This document shows, one piece after another, positions 1 through 14,900 of a DNA stretch of 64,000 bases; positions within the stretch are counted from its first letter, which is position 1, and the number at the start of each line of letters is the position of its first letter. A program made the translations under genes and the position numbers. The notes below the pieces were generated by a model. It ran no database searches, was not told the DNA's origin, and saw nothing but the letters and a program-made list of their open reading frames with translations. This DNA comes from Candidatus Omnitrophota bacterium. Its GTDB lineage: Bacteria > Omnitrophota > Gorgyraeia > Zapsychrales > JBAZNR01. Where the stretch lies: assembly GCA_041649175.1 (NCBI GenBank), contig JBAZNR010000001.1, positions 386,332-450,331 on the forward strand. The letters are read 5' to 3'.

Positions 1-2900
1 TGGAAATCATTTCTTTAAATGATGGTTGTTCGCTATAACGAGACACCGGAATAAATTCGAACGATAATCCTAAAGACGGAACAAAAGCGCCAAGCGCAGC
101 GCGCCCTGTATTGGCCGCGTCTTGCTTTAACATCTCTTCGGCGGTTTGAACGGCATCAAAGGTCGATTTAAATGTTTTGATCACCGCGCCGTCTTCCTGG
201 AAGGCCACCGGATTCATTTCGGCAATTTGCGTCACGTCGCCGGTAATGGATTCCATAAATAGAACCTGCGGCAGGCCATCGGCTTCTTTATCTTCGCGAA
301 CATCCAAATAATTTGGCAATCCGTAAGCCGGCAAATAACGCAACAACGCCTCGGCTTTGTAATAATTCGCCATGCGGTTTAAGCCAATTTCTTCCTTAAA
401 GAATTTAATGTATTCTGGATTTTCTTTTTGATCGATCTTTTCAGAGATCACGCGATGGATAGATAAGTCAACTTCATCTTTTCTGACGAGCTCATATTGA
501 TTGGTTTGATTATTGAAAACTAACTCGTGATATTTTAAGTTGAGGCCTTCCACCAACATTCTTTGGCCGTTGGATAGATCTTCCACCCAGCTGCCGCCTT
601 TTTGGCCTTTTTCGTTACGCACGGTCTCAATAACTACATTATGTCCCTGACTCATTAAATAAAGAACAAGCGCTAAGCGGTCTAAGTCGATGGAAGTAGA
701 AAGCTTCACCAGGTCATCCACATTGGTATTATTCATGATCAACGGCAGATCTTCGTTTGACGATTGATATTGACTTAAAAAGTATGCTAGGGCTGCTTCG
801 CGGATACGTTCATTACTGCTATCGCTCGCCAATACCTTTAAGGCGCTACCGCCGTGAACTGTTTGCATCAATGTATATCCATGCCCGAACGGACGGCGGA
901 ACGACACGCCATTTTCTCTGACATATTTTGTAAATCCTGATTCAGCATGGCGGTAACCTTCAAATGTGTGCTGAATGATGAACAGCATGTTTTCCGGGTT
1001 AAATCCGAAGAAGCGATAGTTAACAAATTCTTCCATGATCTGCGCGCCCGTCGCATCATTAACGTGAATAATAACTTTGGCATTACGGATAACTTCCGCA
1101 ATGTTAAGACCGTTTTCCCCGGCTAATTGCTCAAGCTCTAAGCGGTATTGGATCAAAAGGCGAGCACCTAAAGAAAAGTTCTGCGTGTTTTTAAATTGCG
1201 GATATGTTTGTTGCATATAAACTAGAAAGCGGTAAGCGACATATTCATCTAATTCTTTTTCACTAATATCATATTGCGCGTGCACGCCCGCCTTGATCAT
1301 CGACTCGGCGTCATACTTGGCTTTCATAATTTTTTCATTAAGCTCTTGCTTGGCCGCATCATTTAATTTTTCTTCCACATCCCATCCGGCCATTTCGGCA
1401 ACATCTTTTTGCATCAATTGATGCGGATTGAATAAATATTTGGCCCCGCCGCCTAAAATAGCCGCGGCACGCGTTGCCCCGCCGGCAAAAAGCATTTGAG
1501 CGATCAACCCGCCGGAGACCACTAATTGCTCAGCCTTTTGACGCCATTGGGTAAACACGGCACTTAAACGAAATTCGTTCAAGGAAACTCTATCGGCTGC
1601 TTTTAAACTATGCGGATAGCTATTCACTTTGGAGCCGTTAAAGTTAGTTCCGTTTTCGGTTAATTCCTGCAAATGGACGGGAACATAATTGGTGAAACTA
1701 TCTTGTGAACGGTAGGCGTGAGCCTGTGCTAAAACAGAAACCCAGCTGTCCCGGCCCGACCCAATGGTTGTTGCGGCCAGTAAAGCGTCTTGGCTTCTTA
1801 AATGATTCAAGGCATCGGGTAAATTCTTCGGTTCTTTAAAATCATGGATGATGTCGCCGTCACGTTTGAAGAATACCGCGTTGGCCTCAGCCATTTGCGT
1901 AATATCACCGGTCACCGCTTCTAAGTAGAGGAAACCGCCTTTGAAACGCAGATTATAAGGAAGGTCATTACGTAAGAGTTTGCGCAGGCTCTTAACTTGA
2001 TACAAAAGTCTGAAGGCATTATACGGTGCACCCAAACGGCCGGCTTCATCAATTAAAGCGGTTAATTCTTCGCTTCCCTTAACGTTGGATGTTTCAATAA
2101 GGAAATTCTTACCCGACTTGCTTCGCAAGGCATTGCCGCCTTTTTGTTTTCCCGGATTTTCTACCAGTTCGCCCACAATATCGTGGCCTTTGATTGTGAT
2201 CAGATAAATGCCGTAAGCTAATTTTTCAATATTGATAACTTCATCCACCAAAAATTTGGTTAAGTCATTGATACGGTGGCTTCCCATAAAGGCATTGCCG
2301 TCTAGCAGAGATAAAATATCTTTTTCACTATCGGCAACTTTCACGAGTTGGGTAAATTCTCCAACAACCTTAAGCTGCATAATGCCATAACCATGACCAT
2401 AGGGGATTTCCGGACTTTCGGCGGCGAAGATAAGCTGGCCGTCTTTTAAGGAATAGCCGTTTAAGGTCGGCTGAACGATAAAGTAAATTCTTTCCGGATT
2501 AAATCCGTAGAAATGATTTTCGGTGAAATCACGGACAATGCTTTCATGAACATCTTCATTGGTGTGGACAATGATGGTTTGACGCCCTAAAACGGCCACC
2601 GGATCAAGGTTAAATTCAACGGCTAATTTTTCTAAAGCCATACGATAAGCGATCAGTTGTCGCGGGCCCATGCCTAAACGGAATTGAGCCTCATCGACGC
2701 TAGCTAAGCCGGCTTCTTCGGCAAGTTCCCAAATATCAATGCCATACATAGGGCCACGGTTAAGGCGTGTGGCGGCCCCGGCGAAAATAAATTGAGGAAT
2801 ATATTGGCCGTATAATAAGGCTCTTTGGGCTAAGGTAATAAAGAAGTTATGGCCGGGTTTCTTTAAGAAATCGTCTAAAGAGAGGATTTCGGCCAAACTT
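1..2900 (-). other. Two tandem, mutually homologous modules of about 470 aa each with a sugar-nucleotidyl-transferase-like GGxGTR(L) signature (UDP-sugar pyrophosphorylase or NTP-transferase-like)
   Basis: Translated LLYGQYIPQFIFAGAATRL (about 2,760-2,820) and QMLFAGGATRAAAILGGGA (about 1,440-1,500). Both resemble the L-A-G-G-x-G-T-R-L NTP-transferase motif. The flanking blocks FYGFNPE..YGHGYG and FFGFNPE..FGHGYT repeat in the same order about 1.4 kb apart. The second module runs off the left edge. Confidence 0.4.
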
Positions 2901-5900
2901 AATTCGCTTGGAGCAATAGTGTCAAAGGCATTGATGCGGTCAATGATCTTATTAATGGCGGCTTCGGCGGCTTTAACAGCTTCTTCGTCTTTTGAGGCTT
3001 TGGCGCTATTGTATTGATTGATGAGGTTTTCTAATTCGGCTTTGATAGGTTCAATGAGGCGGGCAATGGTCGGAAGCAAATTGGCTTTTAGATCAGCCGC
3101 AACATTGTTCGGAGCAGACGTCTTTATAGCGAACCAGCCGCGCTCTCTGGCCAAGATGCCGAGGCCGGCGAGAACGATAAGGGCGCTAAGCGCCCCGGCA
3201 ACGATATTGGAAGCAAAAATGGCGCTTATCGCCCCCGCTACCATTACAATCGTCGCCATTACAGACGGCAATGTAAAGCCGTTGGCGGAGGAAGATAGAG
3301 AATTATTTTTATTATTAATCGGTGTGGTTTTAATAATCTTAACTCGTGCCGGAACATCAACTACCCACTTGGGCTCACTCCATTTTTCACTTTCAATCCA
3401 AGTCATATAGCTAACATCCCATTCCTTTTCAACTCCAAGATAATGCCCTTCTTCTCTATGGCCTTTTTCAGGAGAATACACAACTTCAAAGTTATGACCT
3501 TCTTCTCGAATTCTCAATGCTTCACGCAAATAATCCCACGCCAAGTTGAGAGGCAATGTTTTCTTTAAGATAGACAATACTTCAATGGCTAATTGAGTCT
3601 TTCTAATATTGTTCTCATACATTCTAAATATCTTTATATTATCTTCTGTTGATTCAATTTGATGTCTACCAAGAACACGTGTAATTTCTTCTATTTCTCG
3701 CGCATTATGCTTGTCTTTCGATATTGCAATGATTGCTTCAAAAACATATAAAACTCCATAAATAATTGGAGACAATGTGACTGAGAAGATGTATGCAAAC
3801 ACCATAAAGAATACCATCCATGCCCCCCTAGTTGGATCCGTGCTAGGATGACTAATATCATGATAAATGCCAAAGGTATAAGATATAGCAATAAATGATA
3901 ACGTTAAAATTACGAAGATTCTGCTGAACTTTTTATTGTCAAAGTTGTCACTTGAAAAAAGATAAGAATACAGGGCAAAATAAATAATTGCTACAAAAAT
4001 AAACGACACTACAGGATGGGCCAAAATTAATGTCCAAAATAAACTTAAAATACCACCTGCCGTTACCATCGCCATCATGGGCGGAAGGATGAAGCCATTA
4101 GCAGAAGTATTGTGAGGATCTTTATTAGCATCATTTTCTTTTGCCGGTAACACTTTCTTAATTAAACTCTTAACGTCGTTTATAAAATAACCTCGGCGGA
4201 TAGTTAATTCCATTTCAGCCTCCTTAGCAGATAATCCTTTGAAGAATGAACCGACAAGAATTCCGCCTAAGATCATCAAGAATGCGGCCGTTTTTGAATG
4301 AGAGCTGATCGTTTGTTGGAGGAGAGGAAGGATCTTGGTAGTGAACCACCATAATGTTACGCTAATGCCCGCTAAGAATATAGAGGCAGAAACTAATTTT
4401 GGCGCATCTTTCTTAATGATCATTCTAATTTTATTGCCGAGAGTAACTGGGATATTGTAAATCAACATTAACGCAAACCCTAAGAGGGTTAGCACAGTCA
4501 TAATAAATGTACCAGTCACATACAGATCAAAGTAATCTCTTGCTATTTTTAACTTGCTAAAAATCCACTCGGCCCATTTAAGCCATTTTACATTCACAAC
4601 TAAGGCATTCACAATACCTATAAAGGCATAAATAACGATTGTTCCTAAGATGGCATAATACTTATAGTCGCCAAAGAAGTAGAATCCTGCCGCTATTAAG
4701 CCCGCTGAAACTACGAGTGCAACAACACCTACTATCCAATTTCCTGCACCAAGCTTCTTAAAGAAATTACCAAAATCTTCTGTGAAATGTATTTTAGTCC
4801 ATGTCCACGCTCCAACTGTCGCCGGCGTAGAACCAGGATTTAAGATAAACGGAGCCATAAGAGCGGAAACAAGCATGAGAATAGGGAATAAAGACCAAAT
4901 AGCCGCCGGGCTTTGCCAGAGGAAAAGACCGCTGACCATTGCTAAGACAGCCGGAACGACCCACCCGAAACCAGGAAGCTTAATCTGAGAATATAAGTCA
5001 CCTTCTGTAAAAAGATCCTTAACGCCGGCAAGCCACATGAAAGGCAATCTATGTTCACGGCCGGTTCTGCGGCCTGTCTTAACATAATCACCGCTATTGA
5101 CCATGGCCTTCTTTTGACCGACAGAAAATGCATTGTAAACAAGCGACATATACACAATGGCCGCTTTAGGAAATACTCTTGCGAACGCTATAGATCCGTC
5201 AATAAACGTTTTCTCAAGAACCAATTGGAAATATCCGGTAAAGGTAATGGCCTGTGATAATAAAAGGCCAATGATACCAGCGGCTAATTCATCGGGGAAT
5301 GTAACGAAAAGACTGGCTCCAAATAAAATCACCACTATAACGTAAAGATTATTTTGGATGACCACAAAAGATTTTCTTAAGAAATAACCGATGGAAGCAA
5401 CAAAGTGCATAAAGGAACGGGAAAACCCGATAATGGACGAAGAATTATGCTGCGCGATTTCATACGATACGGCTTGTTCGCCGGCACCGGCACCGAATTT
5501 ATCAGAAATACCAAGTAACCCGCCATAAACACCTTCACGCGCTTTAGCCGCCTGCATAATTTCTCTATTAATGACTTTTTCTCCGTACATCGTCGCTTTG
5601 TAAGCGCCAAAAATATCTTCGTTAACCCACGGGGCACTTAAAAGGCCTAACTGACGGAAAGAAACTGTTCTGACAAAATCAGGATGCCCGTAATGATAAC
5701 GAATACCCATCCAGTTAAGCGAACGCTGAACCAATGTAGAGAAGGTATGATCACCAAAAGCGTGAACAGCACCGGCCGGCGTTGACACATCGGTAAAGAT
5801 ATCTTCAGGGAAACCGACGATCGCGACACGATTATCTTTAAATTCTTCCATCAGGTTAGGGGCTTTGAAAGTTTCTTCCAAATACATATCTTGATTCATA

Positions 5901-8900
5901 TCCATCATCTGAACAATTTCACCGCGAGTGAATCTAAATATATTGTTTTGGTTGACCGGTTTACCCTGCCCGGCCAAAGGCTTCGAAGATAGATAAATTC
6001 TTCTCACTTCAACAATTCTTCCCTTGCCTCTGTGATCGTTGAAAACAACAACAACTGTTTCTCCTGGTTGAGCCGGCCCTTCACGATACTCTAAAAGAAC
6101 ACCGGCATAGGTATCAACATCAGGGCTGTGATAATCGGTGTTCATATTCTTGTCGTCTCTAGGATTAGCTAAATAAGCGACTCTTAAGCCGGGATATTTG
6201 CGAAGCATATAGTTAACATCGTTGATAATTAACTTTTTGCTCTGGTCAGTGCTTTTTAGCCAATCGCCATACGGCTGATGGCCGACAACATATTCAAATT
6301 TTTCAGATACTTTTTCTTTTATTTCTTGTTCATATTCTTGTTTTGCATCCGTACTCGTAGAATCTATTCCTAAGCTTTCTGGTGTGGGGAAATTGACCTT
6401 AGCAAGCCATGTGTACATTTGATAATAATTCATAATACCGCGAATGGTACGGGCTAAAGGTTGATAGCGGTAGGAGACCCAAAGCCTTACCTCAATAATC
6501 AGATGGTCGTTTGTAATATCAAGTTTTTGTCCATATTGTAAGTTTTCTATGGCTTCAATATCTTTTTCAACCGCATCAACATCATCGGTTCCATATGTCC
6601 ATTTAAATCCAGCCTGATTGTATCTCAGGCTTTCGAATTCCCGACGTATACGGGCCTTAAAGTTTTCCCATTCATTAAGATGTTTGGTAATAAAGTACGT
6701 TAAAAGCGTCGCCTTAGTTTTGTAAGCTTCATTAATGGCATCATATTGCCCGACTGTTTTATCTGAGAATGGATACATGATCGGCTCATCAAAGATCGGT
6801 GTCGCAACGCTGAATAAATATAGCTTCTCCCAAATCGGCATTTGATCCATATCCATCAAGAAGGTGGAGAGAACAAACTGGATTCTTGCGCGAAGGCGTT
6901 GTGTTTCCGGGGCTTTGGAAAGATCCGGCCAACGAGTAACTGTTCCAGCTAAGAAATTATGTTCATCTATGCCATCAATAACAAATAACATTCTTTCTTT
7001 TTCTTCAATAGAGGCGAGGTCATCTTCCAAATACTGGCTGACGATCATGTTCCACGCTTTGGCAAAAGCAACGAGTTTTTCCTGTTCGGTAATAGCCCGG
7101 CGTTCTCTATCAGTACCAACAATAGAAGCAGGAACGATTTTCTCTTGGAATCCTTTAGCCGCCGCTTTAAATTTATCAATAACCGTATCGCCGCCTATTT
7201 TTTCAAGACCAATCCGGCCAAGCAAGGCATTAATAACGATAATACCAATCACAATGGCAGCCACAGCCCCGATAAGATAAAGCCAAGAGGAAGCAATCAA
7301 GCCGTGCACTCCGGCAATAAAGGCCGCTTTCCAAGGAGACAAATAAACAATACCCGCAACAGCCGCAATAAATGTCAGCGCTGATTTAACTCTTAAAGCA
7401 ATAGATGAAATGCCTTTGCCGCCCCAGCTGTTAATACGGTTAGCCCCGGTCCATTTAGCGATCCAGTACCCTAAGGCTCCTTCGATAATGTAGAAATAAG
7501 CGAATATATCCATAAGGAATATCATGAAGAAAATGGAGAATGTGATAGCGATAAGAATATACTGGCCGCCCGGAACTATTGGCCCTATTAGAGCCGTAAG
7601 CCGTTCCCACGGAATATTCCAGCTACTATTTTGCAGGATAATGAAAGCCTTAGATAACCAGCTCCAAATCAATACGTTCGTAAAAATCTTAGCCCCTAAG
7701 GTCAACACCATAACTAAAGAAGCACGGGCTTTACGGCCCAAGGTGCCATCCGGCGGATTATCTTTATAGCCTGCTTCGAACGGTACGGTTTCGCCATATC
7801 TTTGGTTCTTTAATGTATACTCTTGCTGATTGTGTCTATCAACAAACCAAATTGTGAAATAAGCAATAGCTAAAACACTTGTAGCAATTAAAGCGCCGAT
7901 AGCCCACGAACTAAATGCGATAACTCCGGTAAAATTCAAGCCGACCGCCGGAATACCGGATGTCAATCCGACAGAAGAAAGAATGATTGATCCGTAAAGA
8001 ACCGCAAAAATCTTCTTAAAGTTAACGATAACTCTAAACCAGCCTAAACGACCAAACTTAGATGTCTTGATGTCGGGATAAACTTTAGGAAGGATTTTAT
8101 TAACCGTGTCATTGCCATTAGCCAATTCTCTTTCAATTTCAGCCCGGCCACCGTTACGGTAAAATTTAATAAATCCAGGTGTTCTAAAATAACCTTCCAC
8201 ATCATTATGATGGATGGTCGCATATTTTGTTTTGCTCTTTGCTGACTCACTATGAGCAAAAATAATCCTGCTCCAAAGCGCCGCTTCAGCTTCAGCTTGT
8301 AATCCAAATTGATCATTACCGTTATTTAATAGTTCCATACCAGAGAAGAACCGATAGAAATCAAACGACGCTGTAACGTTGGCTAATTTATCTCCGGAAA
8401 GATTGATAAGATTATAAATGTACATCTCTCTTAATCCGTATTGGTCAATTTCTCTCAGCGCAGCTTCATAGTCGTCTGCGCTTAACACATCTTTCATAAC
8501 CGGAATAAACCAAACATGCTTGTATCTACGGAAGAATTCTTTTCGGATATCATCGATTGATTCACCGGAAAATAATCTTCGGCTTACTTCGGCTAACAAT
8601 AGATATTTGGCCTGGTCAACAACGCCGTTCTGGAAGCCATAAGATGGATAATTTTGAATTTCAGACAAGAAATTCTTAATTTCATCACCTGTATGTTTAA
8701 GAACAACTTGGTCAATAATATTTTTCTTAGGAAATAGAGATCTGAATAGTTGCTTGATCCAGGCGAGTAATTTACCGATGGTCATAACACCGGCGATATA
8801 AAGCGATATTAAAAGCAATATACCGCGCCAGATACCGATCTGGTTTAACCAATGCCAGAGTAAATGAGGCCTAATCTTATCAACTTGGTGATCGCCGACA

Positions 8901-11900
8901 TATGTATACTGCTGATCATAGACTTTTGAAACATCCATGCCTTCAGATTCACCGATAAGGATGACTGTTTTTTGATACATACCATCGGGTAATTCAAGCT
9001 CATACTCCTCGTTTGCCTGCTTGGCACCAATGATACTGAAATCAATATCCTTATAAACTTTTACTAAGTCACCATTTTCTAAGAAACTGAATACCGGTTT
9101 GCGATAAGAAGCGGTGGGATCATAAATGGTTGTTTCAACTCCGTTAACGGCAACGCCAAGTTGTTCTTTCATGATCTGCATACGAACAAAAGCATATCGT
9201 TCGGCTAAGAGGCGTCCACCGGGAGAATAAAGGACATTTGATTTGAATTTTGAATCGAGAACATGATACTCATTACCAACAATTGCGATCCGTGATCCAT
9301 CAGGGGTCGTCATAGACATTGTGAGCGGCCCCAACTTTTCTCTGGAAATCATGAACTCACGATCCAAGGTATCTTGATAGGCAAACGTAAACGCAGGATC
9401 TCGATCATTAGGGCCTTTATAGATTTCCACAAATCCAAGCTCACGGCCTTTTTCAACGACCATAACACCCGGCAAAAGATCTTCCGGCATGCGTACTGTG
9501 TCGGTTCCGCCGTTGGTAATAACTAAGGTCTGCGCTTCAAACCACCAAAGATTAAGGCCCAAATCGTTATTGGCGTAAATAGCGGCAATGTCACGGCCAC
9601 GGCTATCGTTAGGAACTAAATAATGGTAAATTGATCTTCCCTCGATAGAAGAATAAGCCCCATCAATATTTATTAATCTCGGCTTTTCTTCAATAATAGA
9701 TAATTGTGTCATCGGAGCGATACCGAGCTTATTCAAACCATCCCAAAGGTTTAATGTCGGATCATTAAATCTCCTGTTGGAAACATCGCTGAAGATACCC
9801 TCAACGCCCTGGTTGAATAATTGTCCGGCACTGATCGTTAATCCACGTTGTTGAGCTGCGGAATCAGATAATGTTCCAAAGGTAGATTTGACTTCATAAT
9901 CCGGAGTTAAGCTATAGGATCTTGTTAATTCACCCGTGCGAGGATCAAATTGTTCAGCAACAATGATCTCCAACACTCTGCCGAGTTCTATGCGGATCGT
10001 TATGAATTTTCTGGCTAAGTGGTCAAACGGAATGCGGTAATCGATGGTTTGAACGCCAAAGTTATTGGTCACGATGGTCGGCTGAAGAACAGTGTTTTCA
10101 TCAATGCCTAATGAACGAAGAGCTATGTTTGTTTCAGAGTTCTGGAAGACTTTTCCGGAATCAATCAAACCGGCTCTAATATTCTCACCTTGTTCGGCGA
10201 TCCAGGCCTTTGCCCAATTGGATTGAGGATCCGGACGATATTCAACAACGCGCTGGATAAATTTGGAATCTTCGTTGTATCTATCGGTCGCTCTCCAGTA
10301 ATAAATATCTCCGTTGATTTGAGCTAATAATTCGGTATCTTTCGTATATCCGACAGGAAGCTCGATAAATCCGATCTGCATATTTTTAACGTAACCATAA
10401 ACTTTATCGTATTCCGTTCTTTCCACAGGAGCATATCCGCCCCATCGATCAATTTCACGAAGATTGATAAACGTTTTGATAACGGTTGAATCGTTTCTTT
10501 GAATATCATAGACACCGGTCACATTGTATTGCCAGCCGCTATGTCCGTTTTGACGGCTAATAAATAAGGAATCAACGCCAAGATCTCTCGAGGAATCAAG
10601 CGATGTTGCATAAACTTCATCCCAGGTGATCGGGTTGACATGAATATCTTCTTGCTGAACGGTGTGTTGGCTACGAACGAGATTGCCTTTACCTGTGAAC
10701 GAATCAACCTGTTTAAATTGGCTTAATTTATTATGGATATACCAAGTTCTATTGTCAGAAGTCGTGCTGTCAGTGACACTGAACCAATTTAAGGAAATCA
10801 GGCCTTTAGCGGAATCTGCGGCCATTTTCTCGATAGCTTTCGGTAAGAATTCGAACGGAGCCGGATAAGGTTCTCTATCTCTTCCATTAACATAGTGGAG
10901 ACTGACAACTTCATTACTCTTTTGTCTTAAATCTAATTTACGAAGGCTTTCAGGATATCGATGATAGATAGTTCCTTCGGGGCCGATTTCCATCGCGAAA
11001 TAATTATCATGAACCCAGTTCATGAACGCCACGCCCTGACGGCCAAGCTCTAATGGAGCTTCTTTGTAGAATTTACCGGACGGTGAGGTGTAATTGGCGA
11101 CGGTGGTGCGATAAACAGGGTCGCCATTTGCATCAACTCTATCTAAGACAATGCCCTTTAAGCGGCCATTGGTTCCATCCACTAAAGCCTGCAACATCGG
11201 TTGTGTGACAGCAATGGAGCTTCCGCGAATAACCCCAAATCCTCTGACATAGCTTAATTCACGCTCGATCGTCGCGATATTGCCTTCGACAATGATCGGA
11301 TAAGCGGAACGTAATTCACTGGATAATTCACTGCCGCGTTTTGGCGTAATAACCATGGTGCGGCCGGTTTCATCGCCAATTTTGATCGGATATGTTTTGC
11401 CTTTATATTCCACGTGAATATAGTAGTTGCTGGAATCATCACGGGTAATACCGGCCGCTTTTAATTCTTCTGGTTTCATAAACGTAAGCGGTTTGCCCAG
11501 ATCATAAACATCACTTGTCACCGCACGCGGCGCTTTTCCGTCGAAGAATATGGCATAACCGGCGTAAGAGCTGTCAGTTAAAGCCGCTAAGTGTTCTCTA
11601 ATCACTCTAGGCCCGTAGGTAAAAATATCTCCGTCTAAGGTTCTATCCGCCGTAACGGTGTAGAATGAATCCGGAACGGTAACTTCTAATCTGGATGTGT
11701 CAGCTTGCGTCTTCATTTCAGCCGGCATAATTAGCGTGTCGCTTACAACCGGCGCAACAACAATGTTAGGAAGTTCTGTAATATTTTTGGATTTTCCACC
11801 GACTTTAACAATTGTCTTTTCAACAGATGCACCGGGAATAACTTGCCCATTGTTAAGATCGGCTGTCACTCTGGCACCGGCGGAAACATCACCATTATCC

Positions 11901-14900
11901 CGATAAGCGGATACGCTGCCGCGCCAATGGCTATCGAAGGCTTGTCCGACGTTAACATGAACGCCTTTAACCGGTGAAGCTTCTACCATCCAGGCAGGTT
12001 TTCCATCCACAAAACTAAAGGTTCCCTTAAAAGATTTGTATTGAATTCCGGCTGTCGTTCTGTCGAGCGTTTTTCCGCCTTTAAGATCAGCCGCCTGTTC
12101 AACACTGATGGTGATAGGGCCAAGATCTAATCCGGCACCGGCAACGCCATGAAGTTCTTTTGTTTTTCCCCAAAGATCATCGGTGCCAAATTGTTCGCTA
12201 AGAATAGAAAAGTTTAAAGTTAAGTTATCCGAAGCCTGAAGCTTGAAGGTCGCCTTCTCAAAACTATATTGATCTTGGGCTTTTAAGGCAACGTCGGATC
12301 TGTTGACAAGAATGCCCGTAAGACCGTCAAAAATTTCGATACGAGAATTAACATTGCCTTCGGATTGAGCAAGGCCGGCTTCTAAAATAACATTGGTGCG
12401 CCCGCTGGTGGAAATATCCAAAATACCGTTTAAGCCGGTAATGCGGTCCAGATCACCCTCATATTCTTCAACGCCCTGGCTTTTTTTGTTAATTTTTAAT
12501 TCATTGGAACGATATGTTTCGGCTTGGAAAATACCGCTAATGCCTAAATAAACGGTATTGGATTTATTATTCACGCCGATATTCTGGATCAAAACGAAGT
12601 AACGGCTGGTTTGTGTTTCAGTGTACCCATCGATAGGCCACTCATTGAAGCTGTAGCTTTGCATTTTTCCGGCGATGGTCTTGGAAATCAGTGTCGCTTG
12701 TTTATTGGTCAGGTCAATACCGACTAAGGCGTATTTAGAACCCATTCCAAGCGCTTCCGGCTGGACCTGGCCGACAAAGGCGTTGACACCGCCAACACCT
12801 AAGCTTTTTAAAATATCAAAAGCGGCGATCTGATTGGACGCGGAAACAATGGGTTTACCATCGCTATCGGTAAGCCGGTTAATAACAGATTGCCAAACTT
12901 GAGGAGCGGTTTGATTATTGAGGGTGAATTGATCGAGGTTAACCAGAGGAACAACTTCGCCTAAGACGTGTAAATTGCGGCCGACGCGAACAACCGCCGG
13001 AGGGGCGTGTTCAAGAGTCGCTAAATATTCTTCGAGCGCTTTGACCAGATTTTCTTTTTCCCCGATGGATAATGTATCGTTGGCATTGATCTGAACGGCA
13101 ACGCGCTCTCTTATTTCGCCTAAGATGCGGTTATATTGTTCATTGCCTTTTAAATAGCTTTCAAAAACGGCGGTAGCGGCATCATTGGCTTCTTTGGAAT
13201 TTTGTTCGGCATTATGAACCGCGCGAATACCCTGCATTTGCTGACGAGTTCCTTGAGCATGATCGCCTAAACTGCTTAACATATTTCCGAGCGGATCGCG
13301 TCCGGCGCCGGTGCGGTCATTGATGCGTTTAATGGATTCTTCTATTTGTTTGGTCCAATAATCTTTGTATTCTTCAACGCTGGCAGAATCAGAACCGATA
13401 TGAGAGAAGATATCATTGAACGCGTATAACCGTCTTAACAATTCAAGGCGCTCACTCTTATAGTTAAGCTGATTGATGTAGAATTCCAATTTTCTCACAA
13501 TAACATCAATAATGGATTCTTCGTTGGTATTGCCCGTCTGGAACAATGAATCTGCTGTTAAGTCCGGATATCCAAATTGGATGATATGCTCCGCTTCGCG
13601 TTCGTAGTTATGGGCGAGGCTGCCGGCTAAAGATCTTACTTCGACTAAAGAATCAGGCAGGCTGTCTCTTAAGGCATTCCAGAATGCAATGCTTTGCGGA
13701 ATGCTTTCTTCAACCGCCGGGTCAAGCCTGTCATTGTAATAATCTCTGGTTTCAGGGATCGTGTACACGCCAAAGGGACGTTTGCTATCTGCCGGCCAAG
13801 TCAAAGGAGAGATAGGAAGCAATAAGTGGTAGCTAACGGTCGTATTATTTAAGGCGTCGTTGATGATACGAATGGTATTTTCTTTCCAGGCGATATAGTC
13901 AATTTCAATGTCTCTTTTAACGGTTAAGATCTCTTGAGGCATTTCAAAGAAGGCAGGAGCAACAGCGTATTCCATGGCATCATTAGCCACTCTGTCTCTT
14001 TGTCTTTGAACAATACCAATACCGACTTGTGTATTGTGGATCATATCCACTGTTAATTGATGCCATGCGCCCTGTTGTCCGCGAGACACGATTTCTTGGC
14101 CTTGCCAGAATGGTAAGGCTTCATTAATACGCTGGACAGCTCCCATGACCGGCGCGTTAGGCGTTTGATCATCTTCATCAAAGTAACGAAACGCGGACGC
14201 AATGGAATCTTCCGGCATAAGGATATTGGCATAAGATAAGCTGTCGCCTCGTTCAAGCCAGATATTAAGCGTATCTAAATAACCAAAATGACGGGCTAAA
14301 TCAGCATTTGCTGAATCAAGTGTTGTATCGCTCCAGCTATAAATATCAGAGATCGGGATGATCGTTCCTTCATGATTCCTAAGGTGATTTAAGTTCTCTA
14401 TGAGGATATCGGTTCTATCAACATCAGCTTCGAGGCTGTCGAGATCAGAGGCCTTAATAATTCCTGAGCTTGAATCCATGGCCGCAAAGTATTCTTGGCG
14501 TAATCCGCGAATTGCATTGTCCGCGCCCAATGTATCGGCTTGGACTCTAATATCAGCCAATAAAGAATCGAATGTCATCTCACGAGAGGTCGCTACTTCG
14601 TGAATGAAATGATAGATATTTAATTTGGAGGAAAGCTTCACTTGTTCTTCCGGTATGGCTCTCATGATCTCATTAAAGCTAAGCCCTTGTTTTCTTAATC
14701 CTTCTTCAATGTCATTTGAGCGCAACTGAATATAAGCAGAATCGGCTTCTTGAGAAAGAAGTTGAGCATTATCAAATTGGCCGCGAAGCGAATCAATAGC
14801 GGATCTTTCTACCGCTAATTGTCTGGCTAATTGTTCTAATGAAGCGCTGTTCAATCCGGCTAAAGATAAGACTTCATCTAATTTTTCTACATCCGCTGAC

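Noticed and set aside
9925-10110. Explaining the in-frame stops near 10 kb by an alternative genetic code (stop-codon reassignment)
   Set aside because: Both TAA and TGA occur within 40 nt. Every gene in the right-hand 18 kb is intact under the standard code. A -1 frame reads as a sensible continuation, so a local indel pair is the simpler explanation.
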